Positions 33,439 through 43,428 of a DNA stretch of 64,000 bases are shown piece after piece. This stretch comes from Gammaproteobacteria bacterium (GTDB lineage: Bacteria; Pseudomonadota; Gammaproteobacteria; Natronospirales; REEB76), in assembly GCA_027315405.1 (NCBI GenBank), contig DAHUYB010000068.1, forward strand, positions 13,391-77,390. The letters run 5' to 3'. Numbering within the stretch: the first letter of the stretch is position 1; each line of letters starts with the position of its first letter. Below the pieces are notes generated by a model, which had not been told where the DNA came from, did not search any database, and saw only the letters and a list, made by a program, of their open reading frames with translations. Made by a program: the position numbers and the translations under genes.

Positions 33439-34296
33439 ATGACCAGCCAGGCGCGCAGCGTAGCGACAACCATCGAACCCCAGCGGGTTTCCGACGGTGC
33501 GGGTGTCAAACTCAAACGCAGTATTGCCACTGCCACCTTGGATTACCTGGATCCGTTTCTGCTGTTTGATCATTTCGGTTCCGATAATCCCGACGACTAC
33601 ATTGCCGGTTTTCCCATGCATCCGCACCGCGGCATCGAGACCGTGACCTACATGCATGCGGGCGTGGTGGAGCACAGAGATTCCCTCGGGCACGCGGGCA
33701 GTATCGCGGCAGGCGACGTGCAATGGATGACGGCGGGCCACGGCATTCTGCACGAAGAAATGCCGCAGTTGCGTGGCGGTCAGCTGTCCGGTTTCCAGTT
33801 GTGGGTAAATCTGCCGGCAAAACTCAAACTGACCAAACCCCGCTACCAGGAAGTTGCCGCCAAACGGATTCCCGAAGTCGGGCGCGAAAACGGTGTGCAT
33901 ATGCGCGTCATCGCCGGTAGTGTAGATGGAGTCCGGGGTGCGGTGAAGGAAATCGCTGCCGATCCCACCTATCTGGATGTGTGCATGCCGGCAGACGCAG
34001 TTTTCAGGCAGGCGATCCCGCGTGGACACACGGCCTTCGCTTATGTCTATGAAGGCGAGGGACAATTCGGCGTGAACACCAAGTCCGTCGGCACGAATGT
34101 GCGTGGACCGAAACTCGTGGTGTTTACCGACGGCGATACCGTGGAAATCGGAGCTGCACCAGCGGGCGTTAAATTTCTGCTGATTTCCGGTCAGCCGTTG
34201 CATGAGCCGGTGGCGCGTTATGGCCCGTTCGTAATGAACACCGCGGAGGAAATCCAGCAGGCCCTGATGGATTTACGCAATGGAACCTTCGTGTGA
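33439..34296 (+). CDS. Pirin-family protein
   Basis: The ATG at 33439 is preceded by AGGAGGA. Cupin metal site FPMHPHRGIETVTYMHAGVVEHRDSLGH..QWMTAGHGILHEE. Confidence 0.88.
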   Translation: MTSQARSVATTIEPQRVSDGAGVKLKRSIATATLDYLDPFLLFDHFGSDNPDDYIAGFPMHPHRGIETVTYMHAGVVEHRDSLGHAGSIAAGDVQWMTAGHGILHEEMPQLRGGQLSGFQLWVNLPAKLKLTKPRYQEVAAKRIPEVGRENGVHMRVIAGSVDGVRGAVKEIAADPTYLDVCMPADAVFRQAIPRGHTAFAYVYEGEGQFGVNTKSVGTNVRGPKLVVFTDGDTVEIGAAPAGVKFLLISGQPLHEPVARYGPFVMNTAEEIQQALMDLRNGTFV

Positions 34297-34304
34297 AGCG
34301 CAGA

Positions 34305-34350
34305 TAAAAAATCAAAAAAACGGGCGCTGTGACTTGTACACGGCGCCCGT
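34305..34350 (-). terminator. Rho-independent terminator for the methyltransferase gene
   Basis: Stem ACGGGCGC (34320-34327) pairs with GCGCCCGT (34343-34350). On the minus strand it is followed by TTTTTTTGATTTTTT. Confidence 0.6.
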
Positions 34351-34372
34351 GATTCTTGAGAATACCTGAATT

Positions 34373-35215
34373 TCAGGGCTTCACAAATTTGAGGGTCATG
34401 CGGTCGGATTCGCCGATGGCCAGCATTTTTGCACGCAGGTTCTTGGGTCCTGCGAGATCCGGCGGCAGCCAATGCACCATGATGTCCTCCGGATCCTTGG
34501 GATTGGCATTGATTTCCGAAGCCCCCGCCAGCTGGAAGCCGGCCTTGAGCCCCACCTCGATCATGTAATCCTCGGGAATGCGATGTAATTCTCTGGAGCT
34601 TTCCACGGCGTTGGCAAAGGGTCTTGCGCGGTGCTCCACCACCCCAAATACACCTCCGGGTTTGAGCACGTTGTAGGCGGCTTTGAATACTCCGGCAAGC
34701 GTCGCGGGACTGTGATTCAACCAGTTGTGGGCGTTGCGGAAGGTCAGCACCAAGTCGGCGGAATTAGCCGGCCCCAGATTCACCTGCTCCGGTGGCGCGA
34801 AAGGGATGACTTTCTCGATGTGCCCGTACACCGCTGGGTCAGCCTTGAGTTTTGCATCATAGGCGGCCGCCATGCGGTGCATGAATGAACTGGTGCTGTT
34901 TAAAGGCGCAGAGGCCTCGATGAGGTGGCCATGCTGGTAGAGAAAAGGCGCAAGAACTTCTGTGTACCAACCGGCGCCGGGTTCCAGTTCTATCACGGTC
35001 ATATCCGGACGGATACCGAAGAATTCCAGGGTATCGACCGGGTGGCGGAATTGATCGCGCGCCTTGTGGGCGGCTGAGCGCCAACTGCCGTTAAGAGCCT
35101 CTTTGAGCAGCGTCGTGGTGTTGCCCGACGGCGCGATCGGACCTGCGCTTGCAGTGGATGCGATCAACAATACGGTGGTAACCAGGAAAGAAAATCTGCA
35201 GAAGCGAAGAAACAT
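34373..35215 (-). CDS. Class I SAM-dependent methyltransferase-like protein with an N-terminal signal peptide
   Basis: 280 aa. N-terminus MFLRFCRFSFLVTTVLLIASTASA, and Rossmann motif I VIELEPGAGWYTEVLA. Confidence 0.7.
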   Translation of the reverse strand: MFLRFCRFSFLVTTVLLIASTASAGPIAPSGNTTTLLKEALNGSWRSAAHKARDQFRHPVDTLEFFGIRPDMTVIELEPGAGWYTEVLAPFLYQHGHLIEASAPLNSTSSFMHRMAAAYDAKLKADPAVYGHIEKVIPFAPPEQVNLGPANSADLVLTFRNAHNWLNHSPATLAGVFKAAYNVLKPGGVFGVVEHRARPFANAVESSRELHRIPEDYMIEVGLKAGFQLAGASEINANPKDPEDIMVHWLPPDLAGPKNLRAKMLAIGESDRMTLKFVKP

Positions 35216-35344
35216 GGCTGGATCCTCCTGATGAAGGGGTTAACTATAACTCTTAGGCTCGGAATATGATGCAAGATATGGTAAAAAGTGCGCCTTTCCT
35301 GCGGGTTTTTGCTGCCAAATGCCCTGCTTACCGGGTTACACCAC

Positions 35345-36079
35345 ATGAGCCATGACCGATTCACCTTTGTTTTGCAATCAAGCCGCATGGCTACGCCGCG
35401 CGTGCGCCAGCTCAATTTTCGGCGCGAAGATGGCGCCCCGTTCAACTACACGCCGGGACAATTCATCACTCTGCACATGCCCTGGCAGGATATGGAGCTG
35501 CGCCGCAGCTACAGCGTGGCCACCATTCCAGGCAGCGAGGATGAGGTACAGATCGCGGTTACCTATGTGGAAGACGGGCGTGCCACGAAACTGCTTTACG
35601 GGATGTCAGCTGGCGCGCGAGTGGAGGCTACCGGGCCATTCGGGCGCTTCGTGCTGCGCGACGATCCGCCCGGGCGCTATTTGCTGGTGGCCACCGGAAC
35701 CGGCGTTTCGCCCTACCGCGCCATGCTGCCACAGTTGCGTGCGCGGCTCGACGGCAAGCAGCACGAAGCGGTGCTGCTGCTGGGGGTACGCGGTCCGGAT
35801 GAATTGCTGTTTGGCGAGGATTTTCTGAGCTTCGCCCGCGAAAATCCTGCGCTCTGTTTTATCGCAAGCTACAGCCGGCGCATGCCCGGGACGCCAATGG
35901 CGCATGCGCGCCAAGGCTACGTGCAGGATCACCTGATGGAACTCCAACCTGATCCTAAGCGCGACATCGTGTATCTGTGCGGCAATCCGGACATGATTGA
36001 CACGGCCGTAGAGCGCCTCAAGGCCGCCGGTTTCGACAACCACAACCTGCGTCGCGAGAAATATGTATCTTCCAATTAA
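35345..36079 (+). CDS. Ferredoxin-NADP reductase-type FAD/NAD(P)-binding oxidoreductase
   Basis: FAD motif RSYSVAT and NAD(P) motif LVATGTGVSPYRAML. The start at MSHDRFTF (35345) is preferred over 35288. Confidence 0.75.
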   Translation: MSHDRFTFVLQSSRMATPRVRQLNFRREDGAPFNYTPGQFITLHMPWQDMELRRSYSVATIPGSEDEVQIAVTYVEDGRATKLLYGMSAGARVEATGPFGRFVLRDDPPGRYLLVATGTGVSPYRAMLPQLRARLDGKQHEAVLLLGVRGPDELLFGEDFLSFARENPALCFIASYSRRMPGTPMAHARQGYVQDHLMELQPDPKRDIVYLCGNPDMIDTAVERLKAAGFDNHNLRREKYVSSN

Positions 36080-36135
36080 CCGCGGCGGTGTGCTCTGTAT
36101 TGGCTATCCGTTTGATCGCGCAGAGCTTGCGGCGA

Positions 36136-37227
36136 TTATTTTGCAGCTTTCAGCTTTGCCCTGAGCAGCATCACGGCTCTATCCAGGACCGGGTCATCGC
36201 CGTGCTTGAAATCAGCGGGCGTGGTGGCAACTGTCACCTCGGGTTTTATCCCATTCCACTCGATCACCCGGCCACGGGCGGTCATGTCATAGCAAATCGG
36301 CACGCTGTAGTGCCAACCCTTGCCAAGACTGAAAGTACGCGGACAGCCGGAAGCGCCACCGGTGGTGGCCCCGACGGTGGTCACCTGTGGCAGTGTCTGC
36401 ATGGCAGCAATGAAGTTCTCGGTGCTGCTGAAACTGTCGGGACCGATGAGCAGCATCACCGGCCCGGTATAGTGCGCACCCAAGGAAGGCTCCAGGTACC
36501 TGGGCACCGCATGACCAAGATCGCTGGGCAATGGACCGTTGCGGTAGCGGTAATATTCACTTAGATGTGGCCTGGAAGCGAAATATCCGGCTACCTTGTA
36601 GGCCAGTGCCTCATCACCGCCTCCATTCATGCGCACATCCAAGATCAGGCCGGTATTGGATGGGAACTGCGATAACACCGCATCGAAATCCTGCAGAGAA
36701 AGTGCCCGCTTATTCCAGTCGTCAATAAAGATGTAGCCGAAACCGTGCACATGGCCAAACCCCCAGTCGGCACCGCCAAAATACTCCAAATCCGTTACAT
36801 ACTTCTTGCCGAGTATCGCAGCTCTCCAATTGGGATCCGCAGCGCGAGCCGGATTATAAGTATTGACGTATTTGCCCGCGGGGGATCTCAGCCAGACATG
36901 GACATCTTTAAGCGTGGCTCCCATGGTCGCCAGTAACGTTACCAGTTGCCGCTCGTTAGTTGCCTTGTATGCCAGCGGCCGGTAATGAGCATAGATCGCC
37001 TGCCAATCCACATGCTTGTAGTCAAAATAAGGGTAGAGGCGGTCAAATTTGTACCAATATTCTTCAAATTGACGTGCATAGATATTTTTTGGCTCTGCAT
37101 GACCCGGCGCGATGGCCGGCACGCAACCGAGCAGCGCCAACATCACACCGCACAAGATCCCATGGGAAACGTTCCAGGCGCGGCAGGCAAGAGAGCGATT
37201 CATAAGTAATATTCGCCAGCACTTCAC
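36136..37227 (-). CDS. S41-family peptidase (lipoprotein-like)
   Basis: Lipobox ALLGC. LILDVRMNGGGDE and the IGPDSFSSTENF region are typical of S41 tail-specific-protease-like enzymes. Confidence 0.72.
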   Translation of the reverse strand: MKCWRILLMNRSLACRAWNVSHGILCGVMLALLGCVPAIAPGHAEPKNIYARQFEEYWYKFDRLYPYFDYKHVDWQAIYAHYRPLAYKATNERQLVTLLATMGATLKDVHVWLRSPAGKYVNTYNPARAADPNWRAAILGKKYVTDLEYFGGADWGFGHVHGFGYIFIDDWNKRALSLQDFDAVLSQFPSNTGLILDVRMNGGGDEALAYKVAGYFASRPHLSEYYRYRNGPLPSDLGHAVPRYLEPSLGAHYTGPVMLLIGPDSFSSTENFIAAMQTLPQVTTVGATTGGASGCPRTFSLGKGWHYSVPICYDMTARGRVIEWNGIKPEVTVATTPADFKHGDDPVLDRAVMLLRAKLKAAK

Positions 37228-37261
37228 GATTGCTAAATGACACGAATGCGGTAGTGATCTA

Positions 37262-38929
37262 TTAACCCTTCAAACGCCGGTATTTGATGCGATGCGGCTG
37301 ATCGGCATCGGCACCCAGGCGGCGTTTGCGGTCAACCTCGTAGTCCGCATAATTGCCTTCGAACCATACGACTTTGGAATCACCCTCGAAGGCCAGCATG
37401 TGGGTGGCGACGCGGTCCAGGAACCAGCGGTCGTGGGAGATGATCACCGCGCAGCCGGGGAAGGTCAGCAGCGCTTCTTCCAACGCCCGCAGGGTTTCGA
37501 CATCCAGGTCATTGGTGGGTTCGTCCAACAGCAGCACATTACCGCCATCCCTGAGCACCTTGGCAAGATGCACGCGGTTGCGTTCGCCGCCGGAGAGATC
37601 GCCCACGCGCTTCTGCTGGTCCGGGCCCTTGAAGTTGAAACGCCCCACGTAGGCTCGCGAGGGTGTCTGGTAATTGCCGACCGTGAGAATGTCTTGACCG
37701 TTGGCGATTTCCTCCCACACGCTCTTGCCGGCGCTGAGCGCATCGCGGCTTTGGTCCACGTAGGCCAGTTTCACGCTGGGACCGATGCGCAGTTCACCGG
37801 CATCGGCTTTTTCCCGGCCCACGATCATACGGAATAGGGTGGTTTTGCCGGCACCGTTCGGGCCGATAACACCGACGATGCCACCGGGCGGCAGGTTGAA
37901 GGACAGCTCGTCATAAAGCAGTGTCTCGCCGAAACTCTTGCGTAGCCCTTTTGCTTCCACCACGACATCGCCGAGGCGCGGCCCCGGCGGGATATAGAGT
38001 TCCTGGGTTTCATTGCGCTTCTGGAATTCCGTCGAGGACAATTCTTCGAAGCGCTGCAGGCGCGCCTTGCTTTTGGTATGTCGGCCCTTGGGATTGGTGC
38101 GCACCCACTCCAGTTCCTGTTTCATGGCCTTGATGTGGGCAGTTTCCTGTTTTTCCTCAACCTCCAGACGTTTTTCCTTCTGTTCAAGCCACGAGGAATA
38201 ATTTCCCTGCCAGGGAATTCCGTGGCCGCGATCCAGTTCCAGTATCCAGCCGGCCACGTTGTCGAGAAAATAACGATCGTGGGTGACAGCCACCACGGTG
38301 CCTGGATATTCCTGCAGATAGCGTTCCAGCCAAGCCACCGATTCCGCGTCCAGATGGTTGGTGGGTTCGTCGAGCAGCAGCATGTCGGGCTTGGAGAGCA
38401 GCAGACGACAGAGCGCCACGCGGCGGCGTTCGCCGCCGGAAAGCGTGGTGACATCCGCATCCCAAGGCGGCAGACGCAGGGCTTCCGCCGCCATTTCCAG
38501 CACGTGATCCAAATTGGTGGCGCCGGCGGCCTGCAGGATATTTTCCAGACGCGCCTGTTCGGCGGCGAGTTTGTCGAAATCGGCATCCGCTTCTGCATAG
38601 GCGGCATACACCTTATCCAGCTGCTCTTTGGCATCCTTGATTTCACCCAGTCCGTCTTCCACATTGGCGCGCACATTTTTTTTCGCATCCAATTGCGGTT
38701 CTTGTGGCAGGTGGCCGATGCGGATACCCGCCAGCGGCCGCGCCTCGCCATGGATGTCCTTGTCCACGCCCGCCATGATGCGCAGCAGCGTGGATTTTCC
38801 GGAGCCATTCAGACCCAATACGCCGATCTTGGCGCCGGGAAAGAAGGACAGGGAGATATCGCGCAGAATCTCGCGTTTGGGGGGCACTACCTTGCCCACC
38901 CGATTCATGGTGTAGATGTATTGCGCCAT
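37262..38929 (-). CDS. ettA: Energy-dependent translational throttle protein EttA (ABC-F ATPase)
   Basis: Begins MAQYIYTMNRVGKVVPPKREILRDISLSFFPGAKIGVLGLNGSGKSTLL. It has two ABC cassettes, and 555 aa from the ATG at 38929 matches EttA length. Confidence 0.92.
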   Translation of the reverse strand: MAQYIYTMNRVGKVVPPKREILRDISLSFFPGAKIGVLGLNGSGKSTLLRIMAGVDKDIHGEARPLAGIRIGHLPQEPQLDAKKNVRANVEDGLGEIKDAKEQLDKVYAAYAEADADFDKLAAEQARLENILQAAGATNLDHVLEMAAEALRLPPWDADVTTLSGGERRRVALCRLLLSKPDMLLLDEPTNHLDAESVAWLERYLQEYPGTVVAVTHDRYFLDNVAGWILELDRGHGIPWQGNYSSWLEQKEKRLEVEEKQETAHIKAMKQELEWVRTNPKGRHTKSKARLQRFEELSSTEFQKRNETQELYIPPGPRLGDVVVEAKGLRKSFGETLLYDELSFNLPPGGIVGVIGPNGAGKTTLFRMIVGREKADAGELRIGPSVKLAYVDQSRDALSAGKSVWEEIANGQDILTVGNYQTPSRAYVGRFNFKGPDQQKRVGDLSGGERNRVHLAKVLRDGGNVLLLDEPTNDLDVETLRALEEALLTFPGCAVIISHDRWFLDRVATHMLAFEGDSKVVWFEGNYADYEVDRKRRLGADADQPHRIKYRRLKG

Positions 38930-38996
38930 GGCTGCCTGCAATCTGAAAGGGAGCGAAATTATCCGTGAAAGCCGTGGGCGCTGCCAGATGCGCTCG

Positions 38997-39917
38997 TCAA
39001 CCGTAGCCCTTGGTCTTGGTGTATCCGGTGCGGGCATGGCGTTCGATGAAGGCGATGATTTCGCCGGCGATGTTTTTCCGGGTGGCGGCTTCGATGCCTT
39101 CGAGCCCCGGTGACGAGTTCACTTCCAGCACCAGCGTGCCCTTGGCGGAGCGGATCAGATCCACGCCGGCCACGTTCAGCCCCATGATTTTGGCGGCTTT
39201 GACGGCCATGTCCCGTTCCGCCGGGGTGATGCTGATGGCCGCGGCTTTGCCGCCGCGGTGCAGGTTGGCGCGGAACTCACCCTTGCGGGCCTGACGTTTC
39301 ATGGAAGCCACAACCTTGCCGCCGATGACGAAGCAGCGTACGTCGGTGCCGCGGGATTCCTTGATAAATTCCTGCACCAGAAAATGCGCGTCCAGGCCGC
39401 GGAAGGCGTCAATAACGCTCTCCGCGGCATGCCGGGTTTCCGCCAGCACCACGCCCTGGCCCTGGGAGCCTTCCGTGAGCTTGATGATGAGCGGCACGTC
39501 CCCGACGATCGCCAGCAGGTCATTGGTGTCGTCCGGCGAATGCGCGAAGCCGGTCACCGGCATGCCGATACCCTTGCGTGCCAGCAACTGCAGTGAACGC
39601 AGTTTGTCACGGGCACGGCTGATGGCCACCGATTCATTGAGTGAAAACACGCCGATCATCTCGAACTGGCGCAGCACGGCGGTGGCATAAAAGGTCACAG
39701 ACTGCCCGATGCGCGGTATGACGGCGTCAAAGTTTTCCAGTTTGCGCCCTTTGTAGTGGATCTCGGGGTTGTGCACCGAAATATTCATGTAGCAACGCAA
39801 TGGATCGATGACATAGAGATCATGGCCGCGTTTCAGTCCCGCCTCCACCAGACGTTTGGTGGAATACAGCCGGGTATTGCGCGATAGCACGGCGATTTTA
39901 AGGCGCTTACTTTTCAT
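38997..39917 (-). CDS. rimK: Ribosomal protein S6 L-glutamate ligase (ATP-grasp)
   Basis: [46 protein letters not shown], with a full-length ATP-grasp domain. Confidence 0.92.
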   Translation of the reverse strand: MKSKRLKIAVLSRNTRLYSTKRLVEAGLKRGHDLYVIDPLRCYMNISVHNPEIHYKGRKLENFDAVIPRIGQSVTFYATAVLRQFEMIGVFSLNESVAISRARDKLRSLQLLARKGIGMPVTGFAHSPDDTNDLLAIVGDVPLIIKLTEGSQGQGVVLAETRHAAESVIDAFRGLDAHFLVQEFIKESRGTDVRCFVIGGKVVASMKRQARKGEFRANLHRGGKAAAISITPAERDMAVKAAKIMGLNVAGVDLIRSAKGTLVLEVNSSPGLEGIEAATRKNIAGEIIAFIERHARTGYTKTKGYG

Positions 39918-39931
39918 GTGCTCACATCAAG

Positions 39932-40423
39932 TCAGGTTTTTTCATCATTGTCTTCCTCGCGATCACCCCGCCGGCGGCCGCCGGTTGCATACGAGCCGTC
40001 GGGGTTGACCAGCAACTTGTCCCGCATGGCGCCGCGACCGATGAGCAGGCGGAAGCGCATGGTGTCCCGGTCGGTGAGCGTAAGTTCGATGGGCCAAGTC
40101 ATGGCACCAATGCCTACGCGCGTCGCAATTACCAACCGCTGTTCCCGGTGGCCGCCGGAATCCATTACCCAGCGTTCATCCACGATTGCCGCTGCGCAAA
40201 AAATTTTCGGCCGCAACTTATGCTGCAGCGGATGCACTCCAAAGCGTACCATGCGCTGTCCATGTTCGCTGAAGGTATCGAGTGCAAAGGCATGCAAAGC
40301 GGAAGTGCGCGCTCCGGTATCGATCTTGGCCTTGATGCGCGCGATGCCGAGATCAGGTAATGCCGCCCATTCGCGCCAACCCACCTGGATTTTCATTGAA
40401 ATCGGCGCGTGTGTCATGCTCAT
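39932..40423 (-). CDS. RimK-associated retropepsin-like / 'ATP-dependent zinc protease' family protein
   Basis: VGWREWAALPDLGIARIKAKIDTGARTSALHAF, immediately upstream of rimK. The start may be the internal Met at 40396. Confidence 0.72.
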   Translation of the reverse strand: MSMTHAPISMKIQVGWREWAALPDLGIARIKAKIDTGARTSALHAFALDTFSEHGQRMVRFGVHPLQHKLRPKIFCAAAIVDERWVMDSGGHREQRLVIATRVGIGAMTWPIELTLTDRDTMRFRLLIGRGAMRDKLLVNPDGSYATGGRRRGDREEDNDEKT

Positions 40424-40487
40424 GACCCATGTCGTGGCGCGGACTATACTATCACCCTTGTGTTATTTCTTGCGCCGGAAATCAAGC

Positions 40488-41444
40488 ATGGCCAGCTCAA
40501 CATTGGTGCAAGTCGGTGCCTGTCATGACCCGTTGCAGGCGCGCTATGGGTTTGGTGACGGCCACCCCTTTGGCTACGATCGTTTCGGTGCTTTTTGGAA
40601 GGAAGCCACCAGCCGCAATCTTGATAAACGTACGCTGCCGATCACGGCCCGTTCCGCCACGCGCCAGGAGCTGGAAGCGTTTCATACACAGCCTTATCTC
40701 GAATTCATCACCCGGCGCTGCGCACAGGGTGGTTATTTGGATGGCGGTGATACGCCGGCGCTACCGGGAATATTTGAGGCAGCAAGCCGGGTGGCGGGCG
40801 CCACCCTTAACGCAGTGGCGGGCGTAATGGCGGGCGAATACCGGCGTGCGTTCATACCCATCGCCGGATTGCATCACGCCGGCCGTGATCATGCCGCCGG
40901 GTTCTGTGTACTCAATGACATCGGCGTGGCGATCGAACACCTGCGGCGCGTGCACCACCAGCAACGCATTGCCTACGTGGATATTGATGCCCATCACGGC
41001 GACGGCGTGTTCTACGCGTATGAAGCGGACCCCGATCTAATGTTTGCCGATTTGCACGAGGATGGGCGATTCCTTTATCCCGGCACCGGGCGCGCCGATG
41101 AAACCGGCAGTGGCGTCGCAGTGGGCACCAAACTCAACATTCCCCTGCCGCCCGGCAGTGGCGACCCGGAATTCAGGTCAGCCTGGGAGCAGGTGGAGCG
41201 CTATCTACGGAAGCAAGCGCCGCAATTTATCTTGTTTCAATGCGGCGCTGATAGCATCGAAGGGGATCCCATTACCCACCTGCGCTACACGCCGGCCACG
41301 CACGCCCATGCGGCCGCACGTCTATGCATGCTGGCGGATGAGCTATGCGATGGCCGCATCGTGGGTCTGGGCGGCGGAGGCTACAATCGCCGCAATCTGG
41401 CGCGGGCCTGGTGCGGTGTCGTCGAGGCATTTCTGGGGACCTGA
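40488..41444 (+). CDS. Histone deacetylase-family (AcuC / acetylpolyamine amidohydrolase-like) protein
   Basis: GLHHAGRDHAAGFCVLNDIGVAI and YVDIDAHHGDGV. The ATG at 40488 is the true start; the 508-aa ORF-track version (39918) is an antisense read-through artefact. Confidence 0.85.
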   Translation: MASSTLVQVGACHDPLQARYGFGDGHPFGYDRFGAFWKEATSRNLDKRTLPITARSATRQELEAFHTQPYLEFITRRCAQGGYLDGGDTPALPGIFEAASRVAGATLNAVAGVMAGEYRRAFIPIAGLHHAGRDHAAGFCVLNDIGVAIEHLRRVHHQQRIAYVDIDAHHGDGVFYAYEADPDLMFADLHEDGRFLYPGTGRADETGSGVAVGTKLNIPLPPGSGDPEFRSAWEQVERYLRKQAPQFILFQCGADSIEGDPITHLRYTPATHAHAAARLCMLADELCDGRIVGLGGGGYNRRNLARAWCGVVEAFLGT

Positions 41445-41509
41445 GGCAGGTTAGCGGTAAGGTACAATGGCCTCCCAAAAAATGACTCGCCCCACCCTTG
41501 GAGCCGCTG

Positions 41510-42778
41510 ATGTTCAGCCACGACATGACAATTGCCGGGTTTGACGACGAACTCCACGCGGGACTGCGTTCGGAGTTGCGGCGTCAGGAGGAAAATATTG
41601 AGCTTATCGCCTCCGAGAACTACGTGAGCCCACGGGTGCTGGCCGCCCAGGGTTCGGTGCTCACCAACAAGTATGCGGAAGGCTATCCCGGCAGGCGTTA
41701 CTATGGCGGCTGCGAATTCGTGGATGTGGCCGAGCGGCTGGCGGTTGAGCGCGCAAAAAAACTGTTCGGTGCCGCGTATGCGAATGTGCAACCGCACTCC
41801 GGTTCGCAGGCAAATGCCGCGGTTTATCTGGCGCTGTTGAAAGCCGGCGACACCATCCTCGGCATGAGCTTGGCGCACGGCGGCCATCTTACGCATGGCG
41901 CCAAGGTGAATTTCTCCGGCAAGTTCTTCAATGCTGTGCAATATGGGATTGACACGTCCACCGGCCTGATTGATTACCAGCAGGTGGCGAAGCTGGCAGA
42001 AGAGCACAAACCGAAAATGCTCGTGGCCGGATTCTCCGCCTATTCGCGCCGGGTTGATTGGCAGAAGTTTCGCGACATCGCCGATGCCGTCGGCGCCTAT
42101 CTGTTTGTGGACATGGCGCATGTTGCCGGGCTGGTGGCGGCAGGAATTTATCCCGATCCGGTCAAAATCGCAGACATCACCACTACCACTACGCACAAGA
42201 CCCTGCGCGGCCCGCGCGGCGGTCTGATCCTGGCGCGCACCAATGAGGAGATCGAGAAGAAACTGAATTCCACCGTGTTTCCCGGCACCCAGGGCGGACC
42301 GTTGATGCATGTCATCGCCGCTAAGGCAGTGGCGTTCCTGGAAGCTCTGCAACCGGAATTCAAGCTCTATCAACAGCAGGTGCTCGACAATTCCCGCGCC
42401 ATGGCGGATGCACTGCTGAAACGCGGATTCAACATCGTCTCCGGGGGCACCGATAATCACCTGTTCCTGATGGATCTCATCAGCAAGAACATCACCGGCA
42501 AGGATGCGGATGCCGCGCTGCATAAGGCCAATATTACGGTGAACAAGAACGCCGTGCCGAATGATCCGCGTCCGCCAATGGTGACCAGCGGCCTGCGCAT
42601 CGGCACTCCCGCGGCTACCACCCGTGGATTCAAGCAGCCTGAGATACGCGAACTAGCCGGCTGGATCGCGGATATTCTTGACGATATGGGTAACGAGAAG
42701 AAAATCGCGCACGTCAAGGATCAGGTGCTAGCTCTATGCAGAAAATTCCCCGTTTATCCTTCGAGCATGAAATATTGA
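41510..42778 (+). CDS. glyA: Serine hydroxymethyltransferase
   Basis: [37 protein letters not shown], with the PLP-Lys region [14 protein letters not shown]. Confidence 0.95.
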   Translation: MFSHDMTIAGFDDELHAGLRSELRRQEENIELIASENYVSPRVLAAQGSVLTNKYAEGYPGRRYYGGCEFVDVAERLAVERAKKLFGAAYANVQPHSGSQANAAVYLALLKAGDTILGMSLAHGGHLTHGAKVNFSGKFFNAVQYGIDTSTGLIDYQQVAKLAEEHKPKMLVAGFSAYSRRVDWQKFRDIADAVGAYLFVDMAHVAGLVAAGIYPDPVKIADITTTTTHKTLRGPRGGLILARTNEEIEKKLNSTVFPGTQGGPLMHVIAAKAVAFLEALQPEFKLYQQQVLDNSRAMADALLKRGFNIVSGGTDNHLFLMDLISKNITGKDADAALHKANITVNKNAVPNDPRPPMVTSGLRIGTPAATTRGFKQPEIRELAGWIADILDDMGNEKKIAHVKDQVLALCRKFPVYPSSMKY

Positions 42779-42796
42779 GCCCGGCGCGAGCGCCTC

Positions 42797-43309
42797 ATGC
42801 ACTGCCCATTCTGTAATCATGAGGACACCAAAGTGATTGATTCGCGCCTCGCCGGCGAGGGTGCGCAGGTGCGCCGCCGCCGCGAATGCGAGAAATGCGG
42901 CGAGCGTTTCACCACTTTTGAGACTGCCGAGCTGGTGATGCCGCGCATCGTCAAAAGTAACGGCACTCGTGAGCCCTTCAACGAGCACAAATTGCGCGCC
43001 GGCATGATGCGCGCGTTGGAAAAACGTCCGGTCAGCACCGAAGCCATCGAAGCCGCCATCGCGCGCATTACCCATAAATTGCAGGTAACCGGTGAGCGCG
43101 AGCTTCGTTCCTTGCAAGTTGGCGAGCGGGTCATGGAGGAACTCAAGGCGCTTGACGAAGTCGCCTACGTGCGCTTTGCCTCCGTATACCGCAGCTTCCA
43201 GGATGTGAATGAATTCCAGGAGGAAATCGAGCGTCTGCAGGATGAAACCGCGCGTGCAGCCCTAAAACGCGAACAAATGCCGTTATTACCGGATGAGGAA
43301 AAAAAGTGA
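42797..43309 (+). CDS. nrdR: Transcriptional repressor NrdR
   Basis: [18 protein letters not shown]...[17 protein letters not shown] zinc ribbon followed by an ATP-cone. Confidence 0.93.
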   Translation: MHCPFCNHEDTKVIDSRLAGEGAQVRRRRECEKCGERFTTFETAELVMPRIVKSNGTREPFNEHKLRAGMMRALEKRPVSTEAIEAAIARITHKLQVTGERELRSLQVGERVMEELKALDEVAYVRFASVYRSFQDVNEFQEEIERLQDETARAALKREQMPLLPDEEKK

Positions 43310-43421
43310 GGCGTGAAGCGTGAGATGCGAGGTGTATTTTGTTGCGCGTAGGGTACGCAGGATAGGCTATTTTAGTTCCTACGTTTGTTACTCCTCACTC
43401 CTGACTCCTCACCCCTTACTT
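43305..43421 (+). repeat. Copy C of the intergenic purine-arm / pyrimidine-arm element (nrdR-ribD junction)
   Basis: AGTGAGGCGTGAAGC (43305-43319), TTTGTTGCGCGTAGG (43338-43352) and CCTGACTCCTCACCCCTTACTT (43400-43421). AGTGAGG can pair with CCTCACT (43393-43399). Confidence 0.35.
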
Positions 43422-43428
43422 GTTTAAC

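Noticed and set aside
39918-41444. A 508-aa ORF in the track that suggests a large fusion protein.
   Set aside because: The first approximately 190 codons are the antisense shadow of the RimK-associated protease gene and are Ser/Arg/Pro-rich. Homology to the deacetylase family begins at the internal ATG at 40488.
43310-43428. An FMN (RFN) riboswitch upstream of the riboflavin genes. I also checked 45135-45166, 46304-46379 and 48174-48316.
   Set aside because: None of these spacers contains the conserved RFN core segments, such as the GGGCAGGGTGAAATTCCC-like and CCGACGGT/AGTCCGGATG-like blocks. A covariance-model scan (Rfam RF00050) would be the decisive test.
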